Below, piece after piece: positions 26,589 to 36,304 of a stretch of 64,000 nucleotides of DNA. The position numbers and the translations under genes are program-made. Source of the DNA: Candidatus Multivoradales bacterium (GTDB lineage Bacteria > Acidobacteriota > Thermoanaerobaculia > Multivoradales > Multivoraceae); contig CBDCWI010000002.1 in assembly GCA_965223325.1 (NCBI GenBank), forward strand, positions 1,088,001-1,152,000, written 5' to 3'. A model generated the notes under the pieces. That model saw nothing but the letters and a program-made list of their open reading frames with translations, was not told where the DNA came from and searched no databases. Positions within the stretch are counted from its first letter, which is position 1. Every line of letters starts with the position of its first letter.

Positions 26589-28290
26589 GCGGTGGGTCTC
26601 CCTTGGAACTCGCGAGCCAACGTTCGATGCGCACGCCGATCTGGTCATCGATCGTCACCACGCGCGCGTAGCCCACCAGGCGAGCGCCGCTGGCCTGGCG
26701 AAGGTAGATCTTGACGCTGTCGTCGGGGCGCATCTCGAGCGGTACCACCACTCCTTCGCGCCACGTCGAAAGCTCGCCAAGGGGAACGCTCAGCGAGCCG
26801 AGCTCGAAGGCGAGCGTGACTTCGAGCTCGTTCTCTAGGTCGATCGGAGCCTGGTCGGCAGCCGCTTGCTCCTCGCGACCCGGAGCCCCTCCCAGAGAGT
26901 CGTCTCCAGGATCACTCTCGAGGTCGACCTCGGGATCTCTAACCACATCAGGGTCGTTGTCCGGTTCGGTCACAGTCCACTCTCCTGGCGCCGCCACGCG
27001 CCACTCGTCGTCATGAATTTCGAGGTTCGGGTTCGGGTTTTCGTCGTCAGGCCATTGCAGTACGCCGCGGCGCCACCAGTTCTGGACGGTCACTGCGACG
27101 GGGGCGGGCGCTGCCCGTTGGTCTGCTCTTGGCGGCCCGGTGAGCCAGGCGTCGGGCAAGACGATGTCGCCGGCACCGAGCCCTTTGAGTTCTGGGAGTT
27201 CGAGCGTCACCCAACCCGCGAGCAGCGACACCTGGAAGCTCCGCGCCAGCGCCCAACCAGGAGCCTCGTCAGGGTCGGCATCTGAAAGCTCGGGAGCGGC
27301 CCAGACAGCCGCCATCTCGAAGGCCTGCCCGCCGATCGCACCCACGATCCGACTGCCAATGAAGGCGCCCGAGCCCATTTGGCGAGCGGCCGTCTCGGCG
27401 TCGAGGATCGACGAGATCTCGACGGTAAGAGCGCTCGCTTCGGCAAACTGCTGGCACACGAGATCGAGCAGATGAAGCAGTACGCCGCGCTCGACATCGG
27501 TCACGGCCCCCGACGGCGGCGACGCCGTCTCGCTCCACTGCCGGCCCTGGCGGTCCCAGGCGAAACGTAGCCAGGACGCCGGTACCGACAGCCACAACTC
27601 CTGGTTGCCTACCGCAACGCGCAGCCAGTGGCCCGCTTCTCCACCGATGACCTCGACCGGGCGGTCCAGGCGCAGGTCGAGCGTTCCACCGTGGGTGAGC
27701 GAGAACGGCGTCTGATCGGCACTCCGTCGATCGCCGATCGCCAGCACGAAGGAACCCACTTCGACCCGATCGCCGACGGTCACTGCCATGGCTTCCCTGA
27801 CGTTCGAACCGTTGATTGCCACCTCGGCACCTTCGGCGGGTACCAACCACACCGCCTGCTCGTCGATGCGTAGCTCGGCAACCAGAGGCGCGATGCCCTG
27901 CAGCCTGAGATCACACGCCGGATCCGCGCCGATCCTCACGCGCCTGCCATCGAAGAGCGCGGCATGACGCGACCCCTCCGGGGTCACCAACACCACTTCG
28001 AGTCCGGAGGCGCCTCGCCGATCCGGCTCGAGGACCCGCTCGATCGCCTCGAGGAGCGTCGACCGGTAGTCGGCGTCGAAACCGTCGACCGCATCGGCCA
28101 CCGCGCGCCTGACGCGACGATTGTCGCTCATGCGCCTCTTCGAGGAATCCGGCAACCACTCTGACCAACAGCGAGCCGGCATGACGACCGATTCGGTGTC
28201 TGCCCAGACCGAAGCGTCCGAGTCCTCTCGGCCACACGAACTCTCGGGCTCGGTAACGGACGGTGCGTCGGGATGACGGAGTTCATTCAT
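26581..28290 (-). CDS. sctQ: SctQ/FliM-N-like sorting-platform protein with extra N-terminal FHA-like domain
   Basis: C-terminal SpoA (LEVTLAFELG...LGEL...EGVVVPL...VGYARVVTIDDQIGVRIER), a first SpoA-like segment (LELPELKGLGAGDIVL) and an FHA/YscD-like segment (RIGADPACDLRL...AING). Confidence 0.8.
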   Translation of the reverse strand: MNELRHPDAPSVTEPESSCGREDSDASVWADTESVVMPARCWSEWLPDSSKRRMSDNRRVRRAVADAVDGFDADYRSTLLEAIERVLEPDRRGASGLEVVLVTPEGSRHAALFDGRRVRIGADPACDLRLQGIAPLVAELRIDEQAVWLVPAEGAEVAINGSNVREAMAVTVGDRVEVGSFVLAIGDRRSADQTPFSLTHGGTLDLRLDRPVEVIGGEAGHWLRVAVGNQELWLSVPASWLRFAWDRQGRQWSETASPPSGAVTDVERGVLLHLLDLVCQQFAEASALTVEISSILDAETAARQMGSGAFIGSRIVGAIGGQAFEMAAVWAAPELSDADPDEAPGWALARSFQVSLLAGWVTLELPELKGLGAGDIVLPDAWLTGPPRADQRAAPAPVAVTVQNWWRRGVLQWPDDENPNPNLEIHDDEWRVAAPGEWTVTEPDNDPDVVRDPEVDLESDPGDDSLGGAPGREEQAAADQAPIDLENELEVTLAFELGSLSVPLGELSTWREGVVVPLEMRPDDSVKIYLRQASGARLVGYARVVTIDDQIGVRIERWLASSKGDPPHG

Positions 28291-28390
28291 GGTGAGGCGG
28301 TAGGAAGGCGACTGGCGGGGTTCCTGGAGATCGACGACCAGGGGAAGCGGTCATCGAGGTGGGTCAGGAGGGGGGTGGAGTTGGGCGGTG

Positions 28391-29452
28391 TCAGTTCTTT
28401 TTGGGAGTCGGGGTTCCTCGGCTGGAAAAGTCGTCGACGCCTTCGAGCTGCCAGAGTCCCCTGGAGCGTCGCTCTTCGGACTGGTCGCGCGATTCGCCGG
28501 TCGCCGAGCCACTGCCATCTGCGGTGGCGGCCTCCTCGGGGCGTTCAACGCGTAGATCACGAACCTCGAGCCCGCGCTCCCGCAGCCGGCTGGCGAGTTC
28601 GGGAAGGCGCACGTCGAGGGCCGCCTCTGCGGAGGCCTGTTCGACGACGAAGAGGACGCGGAGCGACTCCTGTCCGTCAACCCTAGATTCCTTCAAAACC
28701 TGCGCTTTTGCAAGTCCCAGCGCCCCAAGATCGAGGCTCAGGTCGACCCGCGGGCGATGAACGGAGAGGTGAACCTGTACTGCCTCGAGCACCTTGCGCG
28801 CCACTTCCTGGAGAACCGTCGGATCGATGGCCTGCGGTTCCGCAACGGCCGAGGCCTCCGAAACCCCCGTCAGACCTGGATTCCCGGTGCTTTGAAGACC
28901 GGACGGTACCTGCTGGATTGCGTTCTCCGGCGAGGCCTCAGCCGGCGAGCCAAGCGCCTCGTCGAGATTCGCGGTCGCTTTCGAGGAGCGCGATTTGTCA
29001 AGAGTTGCGCACTCTCCTTCTACCTCACCTGGAGGCGGTAGATGGCCCGAACAGACGACCGGCGGCTGGAACACTGGCGACGAGCCGCCGGGCTGGCCCA
29101 GCGAAACCTGCGGCAGCTCATGCATGTCTTCGAACGACTCTTCCTGGCGTGCCTGGCGCCCCCAACCACCGCGGCCGCGGACGGCATCGTCTCGGCCGGC
29201 CGTGGACGCGCGGTTCGTGGGCCGCGACGTTCTCGGAAGCGCTTTCCCTTGCCGCCCCTTCTTGTTCGACTGCTTCGGACCGACACGGCGAACTGAAGCG
29301 CGCAGGACCTGGTCACGGGCCCGACCGATGGCGTCGCCGCTACGAGCGGCATTGCTCGAGCGATCGAGGGCCTCTTCGAAGCCGTTGGAGGCCTCGTCGT
29401 GGCGCTGGTCGGTCGCTTCGCTTCGATGCTGATTGTCGATCTTGTTGGTCAT
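28391..29452 (-). CDS. SctP/FliK-like length-control protein
   Basis: Low-complexity N-terminus and a C-terminal T3S4-like motif (AALDVRLPELASRLRERGLEVRDLRV). Sits between sctO and sctQ. Confidence 0.68.
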   Translation of the reverse strand: MTNKIDNQHRSEATDQRHDEASNGFEEALDRSSNAARSGDAIGRARDQVLRASVRRVGPKQSNKKGRQGKALPRTSRPTNRASTAGRDDAVRGRGGWGRQARQEESFEDMHELPQVSLGQPGGSSPVFQPPVVCSGHLPPPGEVEGECATLDKSRSSKATANLDEALGSPAEASPENAIQQVPSGLQSTGNPGLTGVSEASAVAEPQAIDPTVLQEVARKVLEAVQVHLSVHRPRVDLSLDLGALGLAKAQVLKESRVDGQESLRVLFVVEQASAEAALDVRLPELASRLRERGLEVRDLRVERPEEAATADGSGSATGESRDQSEERRSRGLWQLEGVDDFSSRGTPTPKKN

Positions 29453-30051
29453 GACTCGTTCCCACGTTCAGACGAATAGGAGTCACTCGCCGAACCCTTT
29501 GCGCCAGAAGGCCTGCCTCGGGGATCGGTGGTCGAGGGGCGGCTTCTCGCTCTCCTTCCGGAACCATGAGTATTCGTTACGATCTCTTCCAAGGTTCTCG
29601 CTTCGCGGCGGCGCGCTTCCAGTCGCTGCTCTTCGATCCAATCCTCACGGTGTTTCTCGAGCACTTCGAGTTCGCGGCGTGCCTCGGCACAGGCAGCACG
29701 TGCCGCCTCGACGCGCTCGGAAGCGGCAACCAGCTCCTTCTCCTGAGCGTGGATCTCTAGATCGGTCTCGGCAATGCGGCTCCCCAGAAACTGCAGCGTG
29801 CCGCGCCGACGACTGATCTCGGCGATCTCGAGTCCACCGCCCGTATCAGGCTGATAGAGCTGCTGGCTTGCCTCTTCCAGCTCTTCGGCCAGGACCGAAC
29901 GACGAACTTCGAGCCGTCGCAACGCCTCTTCCTCCAGCGCCAGCTCGCGCTGACGCATGGCCAGGTCCTCGCGTGCCCGCTCGAGCGCTGTCTCCCGTAC
30001 CTTCATCGCCGCCCGCAGAGGGTAGGTCAGTTCGAGTTTGCGGCGGTTCAC
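29449..30051 (-). CDS. sctO: SctO/FliJ-like stalk protein
   Basis: YPL start motif, coiled coil, [15 protein letters not shown]...E.R.LEE. Immediately after sctN with GTGA overlap. Confidence 0.8.
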   Translation of the reverse strand: MNRRKLELTYPLRAAMKVRETALERAREDLAMRQRELALEEEALRRLEVRRSVLAEELEEASQQLYQPDTGGGLEIAEISRRRGTLQFLGSRIAETDLEIHAQEKELVAASERVEAARAACAEARRELEVLEKHREDWIEEQRLEARRREARTLEEIVTNTHGSGRRARSRPSTTDPRGRPSGAKGSASDSYSSERGNES

Positions 30052-31403
30052 GAGAGCACCTCGCCGATCTCGTGCAGTTGGGCCAGCGTGTCCAGAGCGC
30101 CGGGCCGTTCATCGAGACCCTGGCGCAGGAATCCGTCAATTGTGGGCATGTGTTCGATCGCCAGGTCGACGGTGGGATCACTTCCCGACTGGTAGGCACC
30201 GAGCAGAATCAGGTCGCGACTCTCTTCGTAGGCAGCCAGGAGCTCGCGCAGGCGTCGTGCCGACTCGACATGCTCGGGAGCCGCCACGGCACCCATGACG
30301 CGGCTGGCGCTCGCCAGCACGTCGATCGCCGGATAGTGCCCCCGACCCGCCAGCTTGCGACTCAGAATCACATGCCCGTCGAGAATCGAACGCGTTTCGT
30401 CAGCCACCGGCTCGGTCATGTCGTCGCCTTCGACGAGCACGGTGTAGAAAGCAGTAATCGAACCCCGTGCTGAGTTCCCGGTGCGCTCCAAGAGCCGCGG
30501 CAGCGTGGCAAAAACCGAAGGTGGGAAACCGGCGCGCGCCGGTGGTTCGCCAACCGCCAGCCCCACCTCGCGTTGGGCACGGGCAAAGCGGGTCACCGAG
30601 TCCATCATCAACAGGACCTTCTTGCCTCGGTCGCGAAAGTACTCCGCAACTGCGGTGGCGACATAGGCCGACTTGAGACGCACCATCGAAGGTTGATCCG
30701 AGGTCGCCACGATCACCACCGAGCGCGCCAGGCCCTCTGGGCCGAGCGACTCTTCGAGAAAGTCGCGCACTTCGCGGCCACGCTCACCGATCAGGGAGAT
30801 GACATTGATCTCGGCCTCGGTGTTGCGCGCCAGCATGCCCAGGAGCGTCGACTTACCACCACCGGCGGCAGCGAAGATGCCGACGCGCTGCCCTTCGCCA
30901 ACCGTTAGACAACCGTCGAGGGCGCGCACGCCGGTCTCGAAGGGATCGAGAATGCGTTGGCGTTGCATCGGGTCGGGAGGAGCCGCATAGACCGGGTAGC
31001 GCTCGAGCTCGCTCTCTTCGATCGCTCCAAGGCCGTCGATGGGACGTCCTAAACCGTCGAGGACCCGCCCGAGAAGTCCGGGGCCGACCGGCACCTGCAA
31101 GACCTCGCCGGTGGCGCGCACCTCGGTATCGGGGCCGATGCCCTCGGTCTCACCAAGTGTCATCAGAAAGACTTCGCCACCCTCGAAGCCCACCACTTCG
31201 GCACGCACAGGAAACGACTTCTGATCGCCACGCGGCGGCGGTTCGAGCCAGCACAGCTCGCCCACCCGGACGCCCGGCATGCGAGCGCGCACGACCAGCC
31301 CGGTGACCTCGGTCACTCTGCCGCGCACCTCGAGGGCGTTGACCTCATCGAGACGCAGAGCGAGGTTCCCGAGACCGAAGGCGTCGCCCTTTGACGAGCT
31401 CAT
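30048..31403 (-). CDS. sctN: T3SS ATPase SctN
   Basis: Walker [13 protein letters not shown] (YscN-type), [46 protein letters not shown]. Confidence 0.96.
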   Translation of the reverse strand: MSSSKGDAFGLGNLALRLDEVNALEVRGRVTEVTGLVVRARMPGVRVGELCWLEPPPRGDQKSFPVRAEVVGFEGGEVFLMTLGETEGIGPDTEVRATGEVLQVPVGPGLLGRVLDGLGRPIDGLGAIEESELERYPVYAAPPDPMQRQRILDPFETGVRALDGCLTVGEGQRVGIFAAAGGGKSTLLGMLARNTEAEINVISLIGERGREVRDFLEESLGPEGLARSVVIVATSDQPSMVRLKSAYVATAVAEYFRDRGKKVLLMMDSVTRFARAQREVGLAVGEPPARAGFPPSVFATLPRLLERTGNSARGSITAFYTVLVEGDDMTEPVADETRSILDGHVILSRKLAGRGHYPAIDVLASASRVMGAVAAPEHVESARRLRELLAAYEESRDLILLGAYQSGSDPTVDLAIEHMPTIDGFLRQGLDERPGALDTLAQLHEIGEVLS

Positions 31404-32143
31404 GACTCGGTTCCTTCATACGGATCGCGCGGTGACGGCGGTGCCAAGAGGTGCTCTTCGATGGCACGCAACTGCGACTCGACACTCGCATCGACGGTCC
31501 CGATCTCGCTTTCGATGCGACAGCCGCCACGCTCCATCGACTCCTCGGCCACCACCCGCAGGTGTTCCCAGCGCGGATCGGCGACCACCAGGTCGGCTCG
31601 CGCCGCGGCCAGGGCCGCGGCATCTTCGGGATGCACGTGGACTCGCACGTCGCGCCCCGATCGACCGAGAGTGCGCAACGCGCTTTCGATCGTCGGTACG
31701 ATGGACTCTGGTCGTGCCTCGAGCTCACGACGCAGGAGCTTGCGCGCCGTTTGCATCGCCAGGTGCACCACCTGATCACGCGCCTCGGCGACCCGTTCGT
31801 CGACCGCGCGGGTGGCTTCGAGAACCCGCGCTTCCCACGCCGCCAACCCCTCGGCCAGGCCGCGGTCGCGCGCTGCCGCCTGCATCTTGTTGGCCGAGTC
31901 CTTGGCCGCCTCTCGAATCTCGGCCGCCTCTCGTTCAGCCGCGGCCACTCGCTCTTCGGATGCCGCCCGTGCGGCCGCCACGATGCGCTCGGCTTCGCAC
32001 TCGGCACGCTCGAGAATCTCCCGCGCCTCTTGCTGCGCACCGTGCACCTGCCGGTCGATGACCTTGCCCACCACTGGCTGAGCGGTAGTGACCGGCACGG
32101 CATCGTCCGGAACCGAACCGCTCTTGATGATCTTGCCGGCCAT
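31400..32143 (-). CDS. sctL: T3SS stator SctL (FliH family)
   Basis: MAGKIIK, Ala/Glu coiled coil, [26 protein letters not shown]. Confidence 0.9.
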   Translation of the reverse strand: MAGKIIKSGSVPDDAVPVTTAQPVVGKVIDRQVHGAQQEAREILERAECEAERIVAAARAASEERVAAAEREAAEIREAAKDSANKMQAAARDRGLAEGLAAWEARVLEATRAVDERVAEARDQVVHLAMQTARKLLRRELEARPESIVPTIESALRTLGRSGRDVRVHVHPEDAAALAAARADLVVADPRWEHLRVVAEESMERGGCRIESEIGTVDASVESQLRAIEEHLLAPPSPRDPYEGTES

Positions 32144-32175
32144 GCCCTGCTCTTCGAAGTCGCCCTGGGAGCGTC

Positions 32176-33264
32176 TCAGAAGATCTCCTCGTGCTGTGGC
32201 TCCGGAGCGACAATGCCGGCGGCCACCAACTGACGGAGGTCGTAGCGCAGTTCGTCTTCGAACTGATCGGCGTCGACGGCTTCGACTCCCGGCACCTCGT
32301 CGACAACCCCGCCGATCTGGGGCGGAAGCAGGAAACCGAGCCGCACCACCTCGGCGGTCGACAGCCGCGACGACCTCCTCGCCTGGACCACGAAGCGTTC
32401 GAGCGCTAAACGCGCGCTGATCTCGGGACCTTCGAGACCATCGAGACGCGCACCATCAAAGCGCGCGAGCCAGCCAGCGGGGGGCGGGAAGCGTCGCTCT
32501 CGTACCCGCTTCTTGACCTGTTCGCGATGACCTTCCGGGAGTGCGAACACCACCTCGGCAACCTGGTCGCGGGGTGCCTCGTAGGCGGCGGCCGCCACCG
32601 CACGCAGACCGTGCAATTCGAGCGCCCGCCTGACCTGGTGGGGAGAGAGCGCCGTCAGGTGATGGAGGGCGCCATGGGGATCGTTCTCTCCCGGCAGCCG
32701 ACGGGGATAGCAGAGACGGCGGGTCGCCTGGCGAACGAACCACGCTTCGAACCAGGGCGGCACTGGTGCCTTTGCGGTCCAGAAGATCCCCAGGTGGTCT
32801 TCGACCGCCGGCCGGAGCTCCTGGGGAATCGTCGCCAGCGCCCAGCCGCGCAGAAGGGCATCCTCCGGTACCACCTCAGCGATCCAACCGGGCTCGACAG
32901 CGCGCCACGGAAACTGCTGCAGCTGACGCTGGGCGAGTCGAACGAGGTGGTCGCGGGCGGCCGGGCCACGCGCTGCGACATCGGTGATCACCCGACCGGA
33001 AATGCCTCGCAGGATGGCGGGTGGAACTACCTCGGCCGAGGGTCGTTCCTCGACCACCGGCGCTTCATCATCGTTCTGTGGGGTGCCCTCCCCGGCCGGG
33101 TCCTCGGACTGAAGAGCGCCCGGGAGCTCGGCTGCGACCGGCACTTCGTCGGCAGAATGCTGCGGTTCGAGTTCCTGCAGAGGCTCTGCCACGAGAACGC
33201 CAGCGACCAGGCGCTGCCACGCCTCGCTCGCCGTCGCCGCTGCCTGCTGGTGATGGACGTGCAT
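32176..33264 (-). CDS. Hypothetical protein at the SctK position
   Basis: Long co-oriented ORF between sctJ and sctL, the usual sctK slot. No sequence motif recognised. Confidence 0.55.
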   Translation of the reverse strand: MHVHHQQAAATASEAWQRLVAGVLVAEPLQELEPQHSADEVPVAAELPGALQSEDPAGEGTPQNDDEAPVVEERPSAEVVPPAILRGISGRVITDVAARGPAARDHLVRLAQRQLQQFPWRAVEPGWIAEVVPEDALLRGWALATIPQELRPAVEDHLGIFWTAKAPVPPWFEAWFVRQATRRLCYPRRLPGENDPHGALHHLTALSPHQVRRALELHGLRAVAAAAYEAPRDQVAEVVFALPEGHREQVKKRVRERRFPPPAGWLARFDGARLDGLEGPEISARLALERFVVQARRSSRLSTAEVVRLGFLLPPQIGGVVDEVPGVEAVDADQFEDELRYDLRQLVAAGIVAPEPQHEEIF

Positions 33265-33269
33265 GGGAC

Positions 33270-34130
33270 TCAGGTGCCCTTGGCAGCAGCAGCGAGACGA
33301 CGCGTCTTGAGCTGGCGCTCGAGGCCTTCCTTTTCGATCCGCAGTTGGTCGTTGGCGCGCCCGCCCAGGAAGAGAAGAATCCCGAGGGCCAGGACGACGA
33401 CACAGATTCCGGCGCTCATCATCTTGAGTTTCGCCACCGAGCCGCTGTCGACCCGAAGGCCGAGAAAATCGACCAGGTCAGATGAGGTAACGGCGGCAGT
33501 CGACGCCCGCAGACCGGTCGAGACGGGCTTTAGAGTCACCGCCACGTCCCGCTCTTTGAGATCGGGCGCGGCATGCGAGAGCATCTTCTGGATCTCTTCG
33601 CGGGTGATCGGTAGCTGGCCGCCACGCGGCTGGTAGTGCACAAGCACCGTGGCGCGCGTATCGCCGAGCGGGCGGCCGTTGAAGTCCTTCTCGGGCAGCG
33701 CCAGGTGAACGCTCGCCAGGGTGACTCCGGCCACCGAACGAATGGTGCGCGCCAGGTCGTTTTGCAGCCCCACCAGGTAGCAACGCTGCTCGGTGGTCGG
33801 CGAAGGGATCATCGGCCCCTTCTTCATGCACTCTTCGAAGGTCAGGAGCGGCTCACCCGGCAGGCTGAGCTCTTCGAGCAAAGCCAGGGCACGGTCGCGA
33901 TCGGTGCCGGCGACCGAGATCGACCAGGTCTTGGCGTCGGGGTCGGTAAGTTCGCGCTTCGCCTGGATGTTCTGCGAATTGAGCGCGGTGATGACTTCGT
34001 TGGCCTGCGACTCGGTGAGGTCCTGCAAGATCGCCGTGTCACAGGCGACCAGAACCAGACTGAGGAACAGAAGGACGAAAAGCAAGAGGTATCGCCTTTC
34101 GCGAGCCACACGCGAGGGGGATCCGTTCAT
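33270..34130 (-). CDS. sctJ: T3SS inner-membrane ring lipoprotein SctJ
   Basis: Lipobox LVAC, LTESQANEVI..L, MIPSPTTE, LARTIRSVAGV..ASVHLALPE, C-terminal TM. At 286 aa it is too short for FliF. Confidence 0.92.
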   Translation of the reverse strand: MNGSPSRVARERRYLLLFVLLFLSLVLVACDTAILQDLTESQANEVITALNSQNIQAKRELTDPDAKTWSISVAGTDRDRALALLEELSLPGEPLLTFEECMKKGPMIPSPTTEQRCYLVGLQNDLARTIRSVAGVTLASVHLALPEKDFNGRPLGDTRATVLVHYQPRGGQLPITREEIQKMLSHAAPDLKERDVAVTLKPVSTGLRASTAAVTSSDLVDFLGLRVDSGSVAKLKMMSAGICVVVLALGILLFLGGRANDQLRIEKEGLERQLKTRRLAAAAKGT

Positions 34131-34206
34131 AGGGGTCAGAGCTGCCTTTCGATCTCCGGGGGGTTCTCAGTCGGACAGGGTTATCGTTCTTGGCTTCTTG
34201 AGGCTT

Positions 34207-34647
34207 CTAGATCTGCTGGGTGAGCAACTGCTTGACGTTCGAGACCACTTCCGAGATCACTCGGGTCGAGACCTGGAGGTTGACCGAGAGGTCGAACACT
34301 TCGCTCTGGACGGCCAGCAGCTCCTGGGCCGAGAAGGTCTTGCCAGACTGGAGGTCGTCGATCAACCCGCGCATGCGGACGTGGCCGGCCTGCACCTCGT
34401 CGAGGATCTGGCGAACTCCGTCGGCGTGCTCGGCCTGCTGCAGGCGCTCGGCGTAGAGACCTTCAACCGCACCGGCTTTTTCAGTCTGCTCCCGGGCAGC
34501 GATCTTGACCACGTCTTCCTGTTGCTGATCGCGTAGACCATCGAGGACCTGCTCGAACTCCTGCACCTTTTGTGGTGCCTGTTCGAGCATCTCCTGGCTT
34601 CCTCGATCGAGAAGGGCGTTGGCGCTCATGGCGGCTAGCTGGGACAT
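34207..34647 (-). CDS. SctI-like inner rod protein
   Basis: FSAQELLAVQ...V...V..VKQLLTQQI C-terminus, directly upstream of sctJ. Confidence 0.7.
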   Translation of the reverse strand: MSQLAAMSANALLDRGSQEMLEQAPQKVQEFEQVLDGLRDQQQEDVVKIAAREQTEKAGAVEGLYAERLQQAEHADGVRQILDEVQAGHVRMRGLIDDLQSGKTFSAQELLAVQSEVFDLSVNLQVSTRVISEVVSNVKQLLTQQI

Positions 34648-34679
34648 TGTTCGCGTACTCCTTGGGGAATACTGGTCGT

Positions 34680-35069
34680 TCAGACCTTGTGGAACGAGCC
34701 GTCGCGGACAGCGACGTCGAGGGCACGAGCCATCGCTACCGCAGTCTCCTCGCGACCGCTCTCGATGACCTGGTTGAGCAGGCGCTCACCTTCGCGAAAG
34801 CGCTTCTGCAGAAGGAGCGACTCCGCCAGGCATGCCTTGGCGACGTCGCTGTCGGGGTCGGCTTCGACGGCGTTGCGGTAGAAGTTCTCAGCGCTCTGGA
34901 ACTGTCGGCGACCGACTTCGAGACCGCCGCGCAGGACGTAGGCCGACGAACTGGGTTCGAGCTCCACCAAACCGTCGAGCAGGACTTCCGAGTCGCTGAA
35001 GGCGGCCTGGGTACAGGCGAGGTACCCGAGCTCGGCGAGCAGAGTGGCATGTGAGGTGGATGTGGACAT
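34680..35069 (-). CDS. Small TPR protein (YscG/HrpB1-like needle chaperone candidate)
   Basis: LLAELGYLA plus about 3 TPR-like helix pairs, between the needle-like and rod genes. AGAGGA RBS. Confidence 0.62.
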   Translation of the reverse strand: MSTSTSHATLLAELGYLACTQAAFSDSEVLLDGLVELEPSSSAYVLRGGLEVGRRQFQSAENFYRNAVEADPDSDVAKACLAESLLLQKRFREGERLLNQVIESGREETAVAMARALDVAVRDGSFHKV

Positions 35070-35112
35070 GGTTGCGTCCTCTCTGTGGGGAAGCGAGAAG
35101 AGTGACAGGGGA

Positions 35113-35155
35113 AAGGAGCCCCCGTGGCCGGAGGTGCGCTCCGCGAAGGCTCCTT
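35113..35155 (-). terminator. Stem-loop downstream of the needle-like gene (partial terminator or mRNA stabiliser)
   Basis: AAGGAGCC...GGCTCCTT outer stem with CGGAG/CTCCG inner stem. Confidence 0.45.
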
Positions 35156-35173
35156 ACTCTCGTCGACCGTTGC

Positions 35174-35380
35174 CTACTGGCCGGTCTTGCGAATGGCGTC
35201 CATTCGGGCGTCGTGCGTCGCCTTCTGGATGCTCGAGTTGAGCGCGAACATCTCGGCCATCATGTGCGTTCGACGCATGACGTCGAAGGCCTCCTTCATC
35301 GATTCGGCATAGGCCTCGGGGCTCTCTGCGCCCGCGGTTGGATCGGGGATCTCCGGGGTGTCTAGGTTGATCTCGGTCAT
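35174..35380 (-). CDS. Needle/pilus subunit candidate (SctF-like, 68 aa)
   Basis: GGAGA RBS, ATG 35380, and an amphipathic C-terminal helix SSIQKATHDARMDAIRKTGQ. Size and position fit a needle gene. Confidence 0.6.
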   Translation of the reverse strand: MTEINLDTPEIPDPTAGAESPEAYAESMKEAFDVMRRTHMMAEMFALNSSIQKATHDARMDAIRKTGQ

Positions 35381-35430
35381 TGGTTGATCTCCTGCGGTGG
35401 GTTTCGTTGAATTGGTGCCTATCGAAAGGG

Positions 35431-35459
35431 TTCTTCCGAACGGCGGGAAAGTTGTTACA
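35431..35459 (-). promoter_or_regulatory. Candidate ECF-type promoter TGTAAC-N16-GGAAGAA upstream of the needle-like gene
   Basis: Reverse strand reads TGTAAC aactttcccgccgttc GGAAGAA. Confidence 0.55.
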
Positions 35460-35483
35460 CGCGCTGTGACACAGCGGCGGGTC

Positions 35484-35708
35484 TCAGGACCCGGCCTGTT
35501 CTCTGTAGAGGACCTCGAGCCATTCGGCAGCCTTTCGGAGTGCCGCCTGGGTCTTGACTCCCGGAGCGTTCTTCGCTGCCTGGAGAAGCCCATGGAGACG
35601 CTCTTGGAACTCGGCCTTCGGCAGGGCCAACCATTCCGAGACCTGTTCGAACTCGGCCAGGTCCAGGCCAGGGCGCTTCGATTCGTGGGTCAGGGTCTTC
35701 ATGGTCAT
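35484..35708 (-). CDS. Small helical hypothetical protein (74 aa)
   Basis: GGAG RBS, co-oriented in the T3SS operon right after the TPR chaperone. Confidence 0.6.
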   Translation of the reverse strand: MTMKTLTHESKRPGLDLAEFEQVSEWLALPKAEFQERLHGLLQAAKNAPGVKTQAALRKAAEWLEVLYREQAGS

Positions 35709-35711
35709 CTC

Positions 35712-36218
35712 CTACACCTTCTTGGGAGTCACGGGAGCCGCAACCTGCCCAGTTGTTTCGGCGACCGCCACCAGGGCCCGGGCCCGATTGGCGTGCGGAT
35801 CGCGTCCTTGCGGATCGAGGTCACTGGCCTTCTGCAGCTCTCGTAAGCCACCCTCGAGGTCACCGGCCTGCAACATCAGCTCGCCGAGGTAGGTGAGCGC
35901 CGCGACATCCTGGGGATCGATCGCTAGCGTGTGCTCAAAACTCGCGCGGGCTTCATCGAGGCGATCGAGACGCATGTAGAGCGCCCCGAGACAGCAGTGG
36001 AAGTAGGCGTTGTCTGCTTCGAGCTCGACCAGGCCCTCGAAGATCTGGCACGGCTCGAGCACCTTGCCACTCTCAGCCAGTTGGCGCGCGTACATGCCCA
36101 TGGCCTTCCGCTCATCGCCCTCGAAGCCAAAGGCCTCGACGACGCTCCCGTACTTGCTGTGCATCTTCTCGAGGAGGGCGAGGGCCTTCTGCGCTTGATC
36201 GTCGGTCTGGGATGACAC
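35712..36218 (-). CDS. SycD/LcrH-like TPR (class II, translocator) chaperone
   Basis: IFEGLVELEADNAYFHCCLGALY and three TPRs. GTG 36218 with GGAG RBS. Confidence 0.75.
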   Translation of the reverse strand: MSSQTDDQAQKALALLEKMHSKYGSVVEAFGFEGDERKAMGMYARQLAESGKVLEPCQIFEGLVELEADNAYFHCCLGALYMRLDRLDEARASFEHTLAIDPQDVAALTYLGELMLQAGDLEGGLRELQKASDLDPQGRDPHANRARALVAVAETTGQVAAPVTPKKV

Positions 36219-36304
36219 GGGGTTTGCTCCTGGGTGAGTCGCGAGGGTTTGAAATCGGGGTGAGCGCGGCGGCCGAAAAAGGGCCACCGCGCCCCGGTTG
36301 TGAT

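Noticed and set aside
20881-34130. Flagellar biosynthesis cluster
   Set aside because: No flagellin, hook, rod (flg), FliF/FliG or mot genes. The SctJ lipoprotein and the SctN/SctV signatures are injectisome-type.
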